Part shown: piece by piece, positions 50,001 through 63,743 of the stretch
How positions within the stretch are numbered: the stretch's first letter is position 1
How the letters are laid out: each line of letters opens with the position of its first letter
Assembly: GCF_009914755.1 (NCBI RefSeq)
Contig: NC_060935.1
Reading direction: 5' to 3' (one strand)
Source of the DNA: the human T2T-CHM13v2.0 reference genome, Homo sapiens
Length of the DNA stretch: 64,000 bases
The notes under the pieces: model-generated
What the model was told of the DNA's origin: nothing
The model's database searches: none
The model's input: the letters and a program-made list of their open reading frames with translations, nothing else
Program-made: the position numbers and the translations under genes

Positions 50001-52906
50001 TATATTAATTTTGTGCTTCTAGCAAGAATTATAGAACTTTTACACCATAAGCGCTCCGAAAGATTAAGTCAAATCCCTTCAGATCAGGAATATGTTGTTT
50101 TATAAAGGGATATAATTAAAACCAGTGGACTCCATCAGTGCAGAGATAATAACTGTGTGCCACCAACTTGAAAAGAAAATGAATGTACATGGGTTTCGCT
50201 GATTAGCTGCATGTAATTAGGAAATTTAAGCCAATTGGAATTAGAGTACCCAATTCAAACACTGTGCCCATGACAACAAAACACTGCGTGAGCTGCAGCT
50301 ATTACAGCCTAAAGTTTTCCATTAGTGAATCCGATTATATCTAGTAAACTTTTTTTAAAATTTGAGTAGCTGTTACTTATACACATATGCTATTAAAACA
50401 CGGTGAGCCATAATGCCTCTCTTGTCAGTTATTGTTCATTAAAATTGGAGGTAAGGTAAGAGAAGGATGATCTTATTTCTTTACATTAAGTTGAAGATGG
50501 GCTATCTTGTCTTGAAAATAAATTAGCAGCAGTAAGAAAACCTCACGGAGCTGATTTCAAGTAGTAAAACAAATGTTTTTAAAACTTAGATCATTAGTTG
50601 AAATTTGAAATCACATACTTTCAAAAAATGAATTAAATAGAAGTGAATCAAATCATAGAAGAAAGCCCTCTTTTGCTTTCTTAGTTTCTCAAAATGGAAA
50701 TTTTCCCCAAAATGTTCACTTGTTTTTTTTTAATTTTTTACTCACAAAGTTAAAACTTTTAAAAATCTAAATTGGTAAATTGTTTTTTTAAAAATAAAAG
50801 TATCAATGGATGTGAAACAATACTACCAAAGCTTCAACAGTTTTGATTTCAAATAGTTACTTTGTTTTATTCTATTAATATCTTTTAAATAGGCTTCTAG
50901 ATGTTGACTAGAGAGCCTAGAGCCTACTCTAAAACTGTAATCTAGAGTTTCTGAGCATCCTTTTTTTTTAGATGATGTTTTAGGGTTGAACAAAGTAGAA
51001 AAGGATCTTCAATGCCTAGTCTTTCCACAGAAACTTATGATCATAGGAATGATGTCCTCAAAGAAGAGGATTCAAAGCCCTAAATTTAGAGTACAGATTT
51101 AGTCCAATTTAATAGACAAAGTACTGGGTCTGGTATACATTACCCATAATGTTATTTAAATGTGAGTTTTCAGAGATAAATGTGAGGAGTGTATGTGTGT
51201 ATGTATGTGTGTGTATATACATTTAAAAAAACAAAAATACTAAGAGAAGCAGTAATGGCATGATATCACTAAATTATTAATATATTTTATCCACTATTTA
51301 TTTGACTATGCTTTGATGGTCACAATATTCAGAAGTCTGAGATTAGCAAAAAAGGCAATGTTTGAAAATTTGGATCCCTGTCCTTTTACATATACAGTTA
51401 AACTAGCTCCATTCTTGTGTGTCTTACCCGTAACATTGAGCAGAAAATAAATTTAGACTAATACTACATAACAGTGGTTTTTCAGACATGGTTATAAGGC
51501 ATACTGATATCTCACAGTCTGTTACATGTGGCAACAACTATGACTACTAATACGTAACTCAATAAATGATTTGTTTGCTGTTCATATAAATTAGGTCATA
51601 TTTACAGTTATTGCTCTAATTGCATCATTTTTCTCAGTTGAATTCCATGTGATTTCTTGAATGAGAGAAAAAAAGGGTATCCAATTCCATGCAATTCTGA
51701 GGGAATCCGTGAGATGAACTCCACATATGAATAATCCTCAGTATGTATGTAACAGTGAAAGAATAAAGATTGGTAACTGCTGCTGCATAATCCTATATTG
51801 GTAGCAGCTGCATGTGCCTGAGCAAGAGAATTGTGTTCATGGAGAAAAGGGCCAAACGATACTGAAACGTAGACCCTGACAAAGGAAGGTTATTTATTTC
51901 AATGGAGCCAATTATATATTCACAGGTTTTGCTCACCCTCTTTTCTGGCCCAAGGAGAATTTGTTTTCTTCCTTTCCAGGAGTATATAAATTCCACTTCA
52001 GTTTTTCTGGTGTATAAAAGGCTGTGTGAATACCTACCAGTAATTAATAGCCTTTCATTCCAAGTAAGTAATATATAGGAGTGAATTTATTGTTTATGAG
52101 TATATCAATATCGTTTAAAAATGATATGCCGGAATAGAAAGGCAACACTGAAGTGTAAAATTGTTAATGCAGGCTCATAGCCTGTAAAATGATTTCTTTT
52201 AATAGTTTTCTTCATTTAAAAGTTCTTCATTTGAAAATGTTCCCTTTCAACTGCAGATTTCATGGTTTGGTGCAATGAAGGGGAAATTTATTCCTTTGAC
52301 ACATTTATTCTTTTAATAGTTATTCATTTGAAAAAGTTTCACTGGTTGCCTATAAATTTTGCAGTTTGCAGAGAGATTCATTCTTGACAGATTTTTTAAA
52401 ATGTTTATTCATTTAAGTAGTTTCTCACTCCATGGAATTGTTGCTAAGGTTTAACAACAACAAAAGAAATGTACTGAAGCTTCCTGGGGGTTCTGGTAAG
52501 GCAGTAATGCTAATCTTGACCTGTGGATTTTTCAGTGGCTCTGCAAGCCCCGGGATAACAAAAAAGAGTCACGTCATTAGCAAAGAGGATAACAGTGAGC
52601 AATTTTAAGGACAAAATTTACCTAATCATTATTAGATGTTCTTAGCTATAGTGTTAATTATTATTTAGAAATCACTACCACAGAGCATTTTCAAGAGGCA
52701 TGGTGCAATAAGTGGTCATGAAAAAAAAAGTGTATCAAAATCTGCCACATAGATTTGAAAGCAGGGTGTTTCTGTCACCAATATTTTGTTTTAATCTTTA
52801 ATATGACCATTCTGACTTCAAACAAACTTCTGACTTATCTCAGGATTTTATCCAACGTAGGTTGGGAGTTTTTTTCTCCTCACTCTCCACCCATTTTTAT
52901 CCACAG

Positions 52907-52977
52907 TTCCGAAGACAGCACCCACCAATGTAAGCGGAAGAAGTGGAAGAAGGCATGAGTTAGTCATTGCCTGGGAG
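52907..52977 (+). CDS. CNTN5: CNTN5 internal coding exon, start of FN3 domain 2 ([24 protein letters not shown])
   Basis: Acceptor tttttatccacag|, donor GAG|gtaaga; 71 nt, phase 1-0, in frame with both neighbours. Confidence 0.94.
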
Positions 52978-54443
52978 GTAAGAAAAACACATCCTCTCAC
53001 AAATTACTCCACGTGTTTGTTTGGCTTAGTGTGATATTTAATTATTTTATGATTAAGCAGTCCACTTGATTCATTTAGAGGCTAAAAACAGTGGGAGGAA
53101 GGAATGAACCACTGCTGAATAAATGCCACGTTACCCTGGTTATCTCATTTAACCCATACAACAATCTTATCAGTTGGAATGATTTTCTTCATTTTACAAA
53201 TCATGAAACTGAGGCACTGTTACATATTTTCCTAATAAACAGAATTGTGACTTTGATTACAAAATTTGTGTCATTTTATCTATCTCATCATATGCCTCCA
53301 AAGTATCATTTGTCAAGGAAAAAGAGTGGAGATGAAGGGGGAGGGGGTGTGAAGAGTACATTTATTTTCCATGAAGCCACCTTCCTTTTTTGATGTTAAA
53401 TAACCTTATTATTAAATGTAAATAGCTCACAGAGATCTTAGAATATATAGAAATGGAAATGCCTGTTAGAGTAAATAGAGCAACTCCTTGACAATCTCTA
53501 AGAACAATGAGAAAGTATACAGAGATCTCTTTTTCCAGTAAGAATTATTCCATGAGCACATAATCTGTCCTATTTTTTTTGTCCATTCCCCCTTTTCTTC
53601 GATAAAACTTCATATATTTTTTTGATGTCTACAGAGGTATTAACTTTCCAATAGCTGACCTTCACTGAGACCAGATCTCTCTAAATGGAATTGCCTTTCC
53701 ATGTAAGCTTTAATATAACGGGCTTTGTTTCTTTGCCACCACTCAATACATGGCTTTTCTTCATATCAAAATTCAAGGAAAAAAACTACTTAGCAAATAT
53801 TTATTGAGTATCTAGTGTGTGTGAAGCACTGTGCTAGACAGTGGCTGGTAACTTTTCCACATTGACTGGTCAATCACAATTACTCCTTTCTATGGTGTGC
53901 AGTTGAAGCCCATGTAACCAATTTAAATCTAAGCCATATAGCACAAGAAGCTTCTTGAATACCATAGTCCAACTTTTTCATGTCAGTAACCATAAAAGCA
54001 ATTGCAAAGCACACTACAAAAAAGGTTTTAACATCATTATATCTTACTTTTGTGGTCTAAAGGGTTCTGCAGAGCATTACCAGTGACAAGATATTCCCGA
54101 CCACCAGACCATAGGACAATTTTCCCCAACATGTTAATCCAAAGATCTTCATTTCATATACATGACTAATTGGAGCAAATTTGTTTCACTTCAAAAGTTT
54201 TCAATTCTCTTGAGAGTTTTTGTACATTTCAACTGATACAATTTTTCTTCTTTTACCTTTAAAGCTTTTTAACTTTCAAAGAAGTGCCAAAGTGATTGTA
54301 CTATTTTGGCTTCCAATGTAGTATAAAGATTTGAGATTCTCCCTTTCTCTAGCTATCTATAATTTTTTTTAATTAAGAATTTGGAGAAAGTGGATTTTTA
54401 ATCAATCATTTTGCTGATAATTAATTATATTTTTCTTCTTTAG

Positions 54444-54678
54444 CCAGTATCTGAAGAGTTTCAGAATGGGGAAGGCTTCGGCTATATTGTGGCTTTCAGA
54501 CCCAATGGAACACGTGGCTGGAAGGAAAAAATGGTGACATCCTCTGAAGCTTCCAAATTCATTTATCGAGATGAAAGTGTCCCTCCTCTTACTCCCTTTG
54601 AAGTGAAAGTTGGCGTTTATAACAATAAAGGAGATGGGCCTTTTAGTCAAATTGTGGTCATCTGTTCAGCTGAAGGAG
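54444..54678 (+). CDS. CNTN5: CNTN5 internal coding exon, rest of FN3 domain 2 ([29 protein letters not shown]...VVICSAEG)
   Basis: Acceptor ttttcttctttag|, donor GAG|gtcagt; 235 nt, phase 0-1. Overlaps ORF 54489..54773. Confidence 0.96.
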
Positions 54679-55069
54679 GTCAGTTTTTTTATTCCTATTA
54701 TTTTTATTTAACATTTTACTTTGTTATACAAATAATCAGACACCTTTGTACACATATTAGAAAATACAAATAAGGCAAAATAAACTCATTCATAATCTCA
54801 CTAAACTTTTTGGATATATATTTCCCAAACTTTTTTTAATTTTTTAAATTAAAAGTTGATTATTCCACATATGTTGCTTTAAGTTTTTCACATCCTAACA
54901 ATATATGGCAAACATATATCCATGAAAACAACAATATCAGTAATCCCTGCAGTGTATTCCTTTCTCTGGGTGGACATTAAGCCAATCCTCTTTGGTTTGA
55001 AATTTAGATACTTTTATATTTTTCAATATATATGTAAAGTAGATTTAAATAAATGCTTCATTTATGTGA

Positions 55070-55340
55070 CAAATAAATATTTATTTCTAACCCTATGCAT
55101 AAAGCACTGTACTAATAAGGAAGTTTCAGACAGGGCTTTTTCTTGGAACCTTTTCAAACACATCATTAAATCCTATGGAAATCTTATGAAATAGACATTA
55201 TTGCCTCCGTTATGTAGAAAGAGAAATTGACTTTCGGAAAAGTTAAAGAACGTGCTAAAGGTTACACTGCTTGTAACTGAGAATTAAATCCAGGTTTGTC
55301 TAACCACTAACTCCTTGATTTTTGTATAACTTGCTGCCTT
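55070..55340 (-). mobile_element. L2-end / MIR fragments
   Basis: aaatcctatggaaatcttatgaaatagacattattgcctccgttatgtagaaagagaaattgac... reverse MIR core. Confidence 0.55.
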
Positions 55341-56189
55341 CATATGCATGACCATGTTTAATTCACAAGATAGAACTCATAGGTAGGCAGTACCGAGTAG
55401 ACAATATACCTATTTTACAGATGAGTAAACTGTAAAGTGGTTATACTCAATACATGATAGAGCTACAGTGGAAACCCTGCTTCCTACATCAAAGATACTG
55501 AATTATTTCAAGTTTTAATATAAAAATGCAATTTTCTGGGTGAAAGTATAATAATAGATCTAGCCCCCTAAAGTTAGCTTTTCCTCTTAGTCCTTCTTTT
55601 ATTCAAATTCAGGATTTCAGTTAACCTTACAAGTGGGGGAAAAAAATGAGAAAAGGAAAAGACAGCCTTATGTTTCTTAAATTTACAAATGACTGAGAAA
55701 ATGTTCTACCAAAGGCAGCATTCACTTTCCCCATACCAATAAGTGTGGTAAATATAAACTAACCCTTATACTTCCTCTGTGCCCACATGTAGGACTTGAA
55801 CAGCTCAAGAGTATTATTCATAATTAATTATTATATCCCCCCATGAAGCTATGAGCTTCACGGGGGATATAAATATAGTCATGTGAATATTTAAAAACAA
55901 AGATAATGTTTGATTTAAGGAAGATGTAGTTTTTCAATAGTAAGCTGCCTCATATTTTTATAATATAGAGCCAAATTTTAAAGCAGAATCAGAAAGTTTA
56001 TCTTAGCATAAGAATAACCAGGGAAGTGAAGAATCAAGTAATGGCAAGGAACTAGAGGTATTCTGATGAGATACCAATTGCACTTAGCATCTCAGATTTC
56101 TGATGTGTTTTCAGATAAAGTCCATATACCATGTTACTTATGTTATCTAATGTAAAGGTTAAAACCAAATATGAAATTGGAATCTCAAA

Positions 56190-56360
56190 CCTTAATCTAC
56201 ATTTCAGGAAACTGAGTCTCAGAGAGGTTAAGTAACATGCTCAAATTCACACCAGTAAGTGACAGTTACAAGAAATGATAGTAAGTGACAGAGCTAGGAT
56301 TTTAACCAGGTCTATATGACTGGAAAGCACATTTTTTAACTACTACACTATACTGCCTCA
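56190..56360 (-). mobile_element. MIR
   Basis: aggaaactgagtctcagagaggttaagtaacatgctcaaattcacac...agagctaggattttaaccagg. Confidence 0.75.
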
Positions 56361-57171
56361 TCAGGAATGTACACAATAGTGATATTTTCTATTATTTATT
56401 GCTCAAAAGATCTATTTTGAAGTATATGTGTTATTCAGAAAGTACATATTCTTTTTCCTTTTAAAATGTTGGAACCTAATTATCAATTACATAGCACCAA
56501 AGGTCGCATGAGAGATTAATTGGAGAAGTTTTTGAACACGCTTTGTATAGTAACAACAGTGCTGCCTTTAAGAAATTCAGCTTTGTAATTTCTTTGTCAA
56601 TCTTTGCTTTGAAATTAATTTATAGCAGCCACCATGGGTTTTTTTACATTGTGTTTTCTTAAACTTGAAATGGCTTGCCTTTGGAAATTTCTCTTTCAAG
56701 CTAGATAGAAAATATGCATATTTTCTTTTAAAGACACTGAGGTTATTCCTGTAACATATTTCATAGTAATGTAACACTTCATTTATTTTAATCAACTGAA
56801 ATATGAAATATATTAGGCAAATTAAATCTGGATAGAGTCCTTTGTTCTGACACTGAAATTCAAGCATATATTTGGCATTCGCTTACTAATTAAGTTTACA
56901 AATGTGGAACTTTATATGTAAATATGAGTAAAGTGTTAGCATCATTAGAGTGTGTCAACCAAGAAAGGCAGGACAAGGGAAAAGAAAAGCATTAACCTGA
57001 GCTCAAATCTGATCACACTAACTAGACCATCTTGGGCAGTTTATTCACCTCTCTGAGGCTTAGCTTCCTCCACTTTAAAAATGAAGGTCTCAAAATAGAA
57101 CATCTCTGGAATCCTATACAAATCTAAAATTAAAACCCTGTCAATTTATTCTATATTCTAAAACATTATTT

Positions 57172-57356
57172 TAGCTGGAGCAGTGGCTTATGCCTATAAT
57201 CCCAACACATTGGGAGGTTGAGGCAGGAGGATTGCTTGAGCCCAGGAATTTGAGGCTGCAGTGGGCTATGGCAATGATGGCTTCACTACATTGCAAACTG
57301 AGTGAAAGAGTGAGACCTTGTCTCAAAAAATAATAATAATAATAAGTGGATTAAAA
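57172..57356 (+). mobile_element. Alu monomer (FRAM-like) with (TAA)n tail
   Basis: Single ~155-nt monomer; TSD-like taaaacattattt (57159-57171) / taaaacattcttt (57357-57369). Confidence 0.8.
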
Positions 57357-59984
57357 TAAAACATTCTTTGTAACAATTGTCCTAACATAGATAGCAATAA
57401 TAGATCAACTTTTGCTATACAATAAAAAGGGAAAATCAACATTCTTTTTTAGTCACTTCGCAATTTGCTTTACTTAAAAAGGAGTGAGCATTTCAAAAAT
57501 TAAACCATTTTAAAAAAGAGTAAAGGCCTGAAATAAACTTGTAAAATAATATATTATACTCTTGCCAGTGCAGGTTTCTCCCCTCAGTGTCTATGGATGT
57601 TCATACAGCTTCACAGTGTGTCTTTTATCATTATACTCTTGCCCAAAGCCCAACTAATCTGAGCGAAATTGTATTTCTCCAAAAGACAAATCCTGCTTCC
57701 TTATTCTTCCATTAACCCAATCCACTTGTTTATCACCTTGAAATTCCTCCACATTCTTAGATACAGTAAAGAACAAGAGGAGTGAGACTGCCTTACTATT
57801 TCTGTTTATGGGCTTAGTTCCTCCTCTTCCTTTCAAGCTTACCAGATACATGCCTTAAGCACTGTGAAAAAGCCACCTTTTCACAGCCGACACCAAGCTG
57901 GGAAGAAAAATGTCAAATGCAGCTACCAGAATTTATGTTATTGGGAGGGAAGCAGAGAACAGAAAAACTTACAAGGCACACCTTACAGTACTACTTCTCA
58001 ACCTATTTCCCAATGGAACATGGATAATAGATGACATTCATACACAGAACATGCTTTTATAAGTGTGTATGTGCATTCTCCACTCTATCCCTTTCTTTTC
58101 CTCCCAATAAAGCGTATCAGAATGCAAATAAAATTAATTATTTTAGAGAAAACCTTGAATTGACATGTTTTTCAAAGAAAAAATCATTTGCAAATGTTGA
58201 TGCTTGATCAATAAATCACTTGGGATATGACCTTAACTCTCACAACTCTGAGGTTTACTATTGCCCTAGAGTACTGTCAGAAAAAGTTTCAAATGGTTTT
58301 TCTGCTAACACCCGTAAGCCTTTGAAACCTTTCAATGTTGCCACAAGAGAAGCAAACCTTAATGACTCTGTCAGTGCCAAGCAGCATCTGACATAAGCCC
58401 TGGAAAAAGAGATATTTGCCTGCCAAGATATCCATGTACCCTGTACATGTGTCAAATATCTTTGTCCTTTAAACCGAGCAAGGTTTATGTGCATTCCTAA
58501 TCCTGACTTCAGACCTCTAGGGTATGATATAATTCTATACAACACGCTAATTTTGGAAACAATTCCATTTTTAAAAAAAAAGAATAGTGAAGTTTCAAAA
58601 TAAGTTCTCAAAATGCATGGTAAAACTGATAAAAATTAATTTTTTTCCAAGATAAAAAATTAAATTGGCTTTTTCTTCCACATTTCAAGAAATAATGAAT
58701 ACTCAAACATACCATTTTCCACTTAGTTCTTCTCACCATAACTTCGGAAATGAAAAGAACTGGAGCATTCAATTAAACCTAATAGAAAAACGGAAGAAAA
58801 ATTGATACAGTTAATTATAGGTTGAAAGATTTATTTACTTGTGATGCACTTTATCCTTTATCCTTTCTAGTTTTCTTGGCTTTTACCTTATCTGTAAAAA
58901 AATGTCCTGCTCATATATTTATTAAACCTAAAAAGCCTGTCCTCATTTGCAGAATATAATAGACAATTATCTCATTGCAAGTGGAGCTACCACAGCTCAA
59001 ATTAAAACCTAATATTCCTAAGGTGTTATTCTCCAGATCCATCCTTAGCTGAAACTGAGCTCACTGGGATTTATGTGAACTTGAAAATTAATAAATTGAC
59101 ATGTTAGTTGTAAAATACAAGAAATAATTTCCTGTCTTTTCCAGATGATCTATTTGGATTAGTGCCTATAAAAGTTCAACTACAGCTGTCTTCACTGAAT
59201 TTTTAAATAATGAAACCATACCCTTTCTCTCAAGGAGTTTATTAAAGTCTCTTTTGATTAATGCTGTTGCTCTAAGGGTCTCTTGGGAAGGGATCTCTTG
59301 GAAAGTCAGATGTATAATCAATATTACAAGCACATACCCCCATATTACATGAAGAACTCCAGCTGCTAGGTCACTTAATACAAATGTATCATCGAAATTC
59401 ATGAACACGGTAATGCTGTTCAACATTTTTAATCTATCAGAAACAAACGTATCAATCAACCTGTCCACTACATATCCCAAGATTACAGTGAAGGAGTTAG
59501 CCATGGCCTAATTAATATCATCACAAGTAACAGAAAAAAAAAGAGGTTTCCCTCTAAGTCTTTGATTCCACTAGATATAATGCTAGTACAGTCTCAGAAA
59601 TAAGTTTCTAAACTTTTATTAAATTACCCCAGTGTAATAGATGGGAGTGAGAGTGGCAGAAAACATACTGTGATTTAGAGATCAGAAGAGTTTTAGAGAT
59701 GCCTGAATGTGACATGACTGAGAAGGAGCTGTGCAGCTATGGTTCAAAATTACCAAGGAGTCAGTGAAACAGGAATCAAAGGAGTTAATAGTGAGCCTGT
59801 GGCAGGGTTAAGTGGGTGATGACGGGGGTCTAGATGGTTTCTGGCAAGATCTAGAAATAGCCCAAATGGGGAGCCCAACACAAACATTCTTGAGAGAAGT
59901 TAGATGTGGAGTGGCAAGGGGAAAGAGAGAAATAGAAAAGGAAAAAGCATCAGGTAAGTGTAACATAGACATAGGCACAGAAGC

Positions 59985-60210
59985 AGAACAGTGTAGTGCT
60001 CAGGGCCTGACTACCTGTATTCAAATCCTCCCTCCACATTTAAGCAGCTGTGGGATCTTGAGTAAGTAGCTTAACCTCTCTTCTGCTTGATTTCTTCATC
60101 TGAAAAATGCTAGTAGTAGTAATATGGTTGTTGGGAAGACTAAGACATGGAAAGAATTAAGAACAGGGTTTGGAACACAGCAGAGCCTCAATAAATGGCA
60201 ATTATTAGTA
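59985..60210 (+). mobile_element. MIR
   Basis: ttcaaatcc...agctgtgggatcttgagtaagtagcttaacctctc...tttcttcatctgaaaaatg...ctcaataaatgg. Confidence 0.75.
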
Positions 60211-61120
60211 TTTCGAGTTATCCCCACATCTATTTTGCCTCTTTTTTGTTTACTTCTAATCTTATTCTATCCATTCCTCTGTCAGTTATTTGGAAGCAAC
60301 CAGGCAACAAAAGAGGGAACTATCTATGTTTTCTGTAAAACTTATTCTGTGACTTAAAATGGACCCTAGGAGATGAAGAATGAGCCAGCCTCTTTCTTTA
60401 TGCCAATTTAAAAACAGAGGAAAGAGCATTTGAGACCCAAGTTCTAGCTTTTTCACAGCTGAAAGTAGAGTCTGGATAAATTAACCTCTGTACGTTTTAC
60501 TTTTCTAATCTGCAAAATGAGAGCATGGATTTAAAACAGGTCCATTACTCCAAAGCACATAGGAGTGAGGTAAGAAATAAAAACAATAAAGTACTCCTTG
60601 TGTGAGACAATTGTGAGTGGGAGGAACTCTGGCATATGTAGAAGCACATGCCCAGACTGAGGGAGTCCACCACTAACCCTCATCGGCCAACACTCAAGAA
60701 TTCAGGCTTCATACTGTCTCCTTTTATCCCCCAAAAGAAGCCAGAAATTCTTATTTTCAAATGTTGGCTTAAATTAATCTAACACATGATGTAGACAAAC
60801 AAAATATGACTAAAGACCCACTGCCCCTGCATTTGTGACTTTGGAGCCAAGTGACTTCTAGAGTCCTTTCCATTTGCAACTTTCCATCATTCAGTTACAA
60901 TGGGATGCCCAAAGCGAATGGCCAGTTTCAATGCAAGCCAGATGTTCTGTGATCCAGTTAGCTACTTGTGTCTGCAGACCAATTTTTGACCCAGTTGAAA
61001 ATGTTCACTTGGGTATAAATAGTACATACTAAAATTTCTGGGAAAATCTGACAGAGGTCACTATTTTTACATGCTGAAATGTCTAATTCAGGTCAACATA
61101 GATCAACTTCTGATACCATT

Positions 61121-61331
61121 CAGGGATGTTCAATCTTTGGCTTCCCTGGGCCACACTGGAAGAAGAAGAATTGTTTTGGACCACACATAAAATACACTAA
61201 TACTAACGATAGCTGATTAGCTAAAAAAAAAAAAAAAAATTACAAAAAAAATCTCGTAACGCTTTAAGAAGTTCACAAATTTTGGGGGGGGCACATTCAA
61301 AGCTGTCCTGGGCCAAGGCTGGACACACTTG
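61121..61331 (+). mobile_element. MER30 (hAT-Charlie non-autonomous DNA transposon)
   Basis: cagggatgttcaatctttggcttccctgggccacactggaagaagaagaattg...acataaaatacactaa...gatagctgat.agctaaaaaa...cacattcaaagctgtcctgggcc...ggacacacttg matches recalled MER30. Confidence 0.85.
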
Positions 61332-63089
61332 ATTAGATTAAGAGGGTGAAAAAAAATTAAAATGATTCTTCAGTTCTTGTTTGATTGATTCACTGTCATT
61401 CAGTTATATGAAATTATAACATGCAGCTCCCCAAAATGCAAATGTGAAATGTAGGTGTGGTATGACCCTGATTTAAAATCCTTAGAGCTTTTAAATAAAA
61501 GTTAAGGTGCTTGTTTGAGAGGCAGGTTCCTGAACATTTTTATTTACTTTAACATTTTTTTAAACTTTCTATTTGAGAAATACTTAAACTTGTACAGTAC
61601 TACTGAAAGTTGATAGAGAAATAATTCCTTTCTTTGGAGATAAAGAGATATGGAAAGGTTGCTACCCCACCACATGTTTTGTGCTTCTGAAATTATTTAT
61701 CCCCCTGCAATCTTCTTTGACAAAGATGTAATTGCTTCAGCAATATAAAAGCTGAAAGAAGGCATTTGGCACACAAATCTCTGTAATGCATTTATTCTGA
61801 AGAGAAGTAAAACTGCTACGGAATAGCAAACGATATTCAAAGTGTGGTTTCCTTTCAAATAAACTGTATCCTAAATCCCAGAGATCAAGTTGTACACACC
61901 TCAGAAACATCAACATTCTTTCATTTACTTGCAAAATCAAGAATTTTAACTCCCACTAAATAGCATGGGGAAAATGTCCATTGCAAGTCTGGTAATCAGA
62001 ATTCTAGAATAAGATAGAAGATTTTTCCAGAATGCATGTTTTAAATTGGACAGATGCACAAATAATAGGGAGTTGGAAAGTGAGATGAGGGAAACCACGG
62101 AGCAAAAGAAAATAATAAAAAATATTCAAAAGGTGACAGAATGAGAAATTTCAACTTATACCATGGCAGGAATTAATGTCAGCTTCTGTGTAAAAATTAA
62201 TGTGAATTTGCCAAAGCACTTTGAGATGACACAATTATAGCAAGTGTTTTTAACAAAGGTTTGGCCAAAAGAAAATCATTGCTTGGTGCAAAGGTGGACC
62301 AACCAAGTCTTTTGCAGGCTCCTTTTGCAGTAACAGGGTAGATATTTTTGACTGATATATTTCAATTAATAATATATAAAAGCGTTCCAGACACATGTAT
62401 GACTAGCTTCTTTCAGAAAAGGAAAGACCTCAGAAAATGATTATGTCTTCAATGTTCGCCTCTTAACATTTTTATTTAGAACTCAATCTTTGCTATATGG
62501 TTCCATAAATTGAAAAAAAAAATTCATAGATGAAGCTCAACTCTAATCAGTGATAAAGGGTTAGTACCAAAATCTGTACCATTTTTATGGGGTAGAATTT
62601 TAATAGACTTTGTACAGAACTGTTTGAACTAATGTATGGCCTTTATTCTGCCATTTCATTTAACTTGTGTTTGTGACACAGTATTTATGATTCAGCCATG
62701 TCAACACTAGAAATATTTTGTTCCTCACATCAAGTGCAGCCTCGAATAAAGTACACCTTTTGATGGATGCCAGTCAGAAATTGTGTATTTCAAAAAAAAA
62801 AAATAGTGTGAAAGGTCACTGAATGTAGAAACAAATGAAAAGGTGGTTTTGAGCCACGGCACTGAACCCTTCGGGGACTTTTCTTTCCCACCTGCACCTG
62901 TCTTAAAAGTCAATGCATGCCTTTTAAATATCATGATTCATAACATATTCCTTATATAATCATGAAAATGTAGTCTTGTGGTTGGAACAACAAAAAGTAT
63001 CTAATGAAATTTAGATACACAGAATAAAAATTTAGATGCACAGAATAAAAAATAAAATAATAATAATATGGTATTTTGTGAATGAACAT

Positions 63090-63330
63090 TTTTAACGCCA
63101 AGCACAGTACTAAATATTTTATATATACATTCTAATTAAAGCCAACCTTTAAATCTATGAGATAAATACTCTCATTATAGTCATGTTATAGATGAGGGAA
63201 CTAGGGCTTAGAAAGAGATAAAACAACTTACCCAAAGGTAAATAAATAGCTAAATAAATGTTTTAAGGCCAAAAGCAACAGCAGTGCAACAACAAAAAAA
63301 AGCAAACACTGACTCCATAGTCCATTTTTA
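63090..63330 (-). mobile_element. MIR fragment
   Basis: ccaagcacagtactaaata...atagatgagggaactagggcttagaaagagataaaacaacttacccaaagg. Confidence 0.65.
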
Positions 63331-63633
63331 TAGGAATTATGCTAGACTGGCAGAAAATTTAAGTTCCCCAGAAATGTCTTAGCTAATCCAAGGATTAATG
63401 TCTTTGCCTGTCTTGCTAGATTTGTCATTTGTCATTGGTAAGGTATTGATGAGATTTGACCCAAGTATAGAAATCCAAAAGGATCACCTTTATATTTTGT
63501 TGTGTTTTTTATAACTACCACAGCACTTCATTTCAAAAATAAGGTAAGAGGAATTTAACACCTGACAGACTCAGGCGCAATACTTTGATGGACATAAACT
63601 TTTTATAATTGTGGTTTATTTTCCTTCATACAG

Positions 63634-63743
63634 AACCCAGTGCTGCTCCCACAGATGTCAAGGCGACAAGTGTGTCTGTGTCAGAGATTCTTGTTGCATG
63701 GAAACACATTAAAGAGAGTCTAGGAAGACCACAGGGATTTGAG
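63634..63743 (+). CDS. CNTN5: CNTN5 internal coding exon, start of FN3 domain 3 ([37 protein letters not shown])
   Basis: Acceptor ttccttcatacag|, donor GAG|gtatga; 110 nt, phase 1-0, in frame with the previous exon. Confidence 0.95.
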
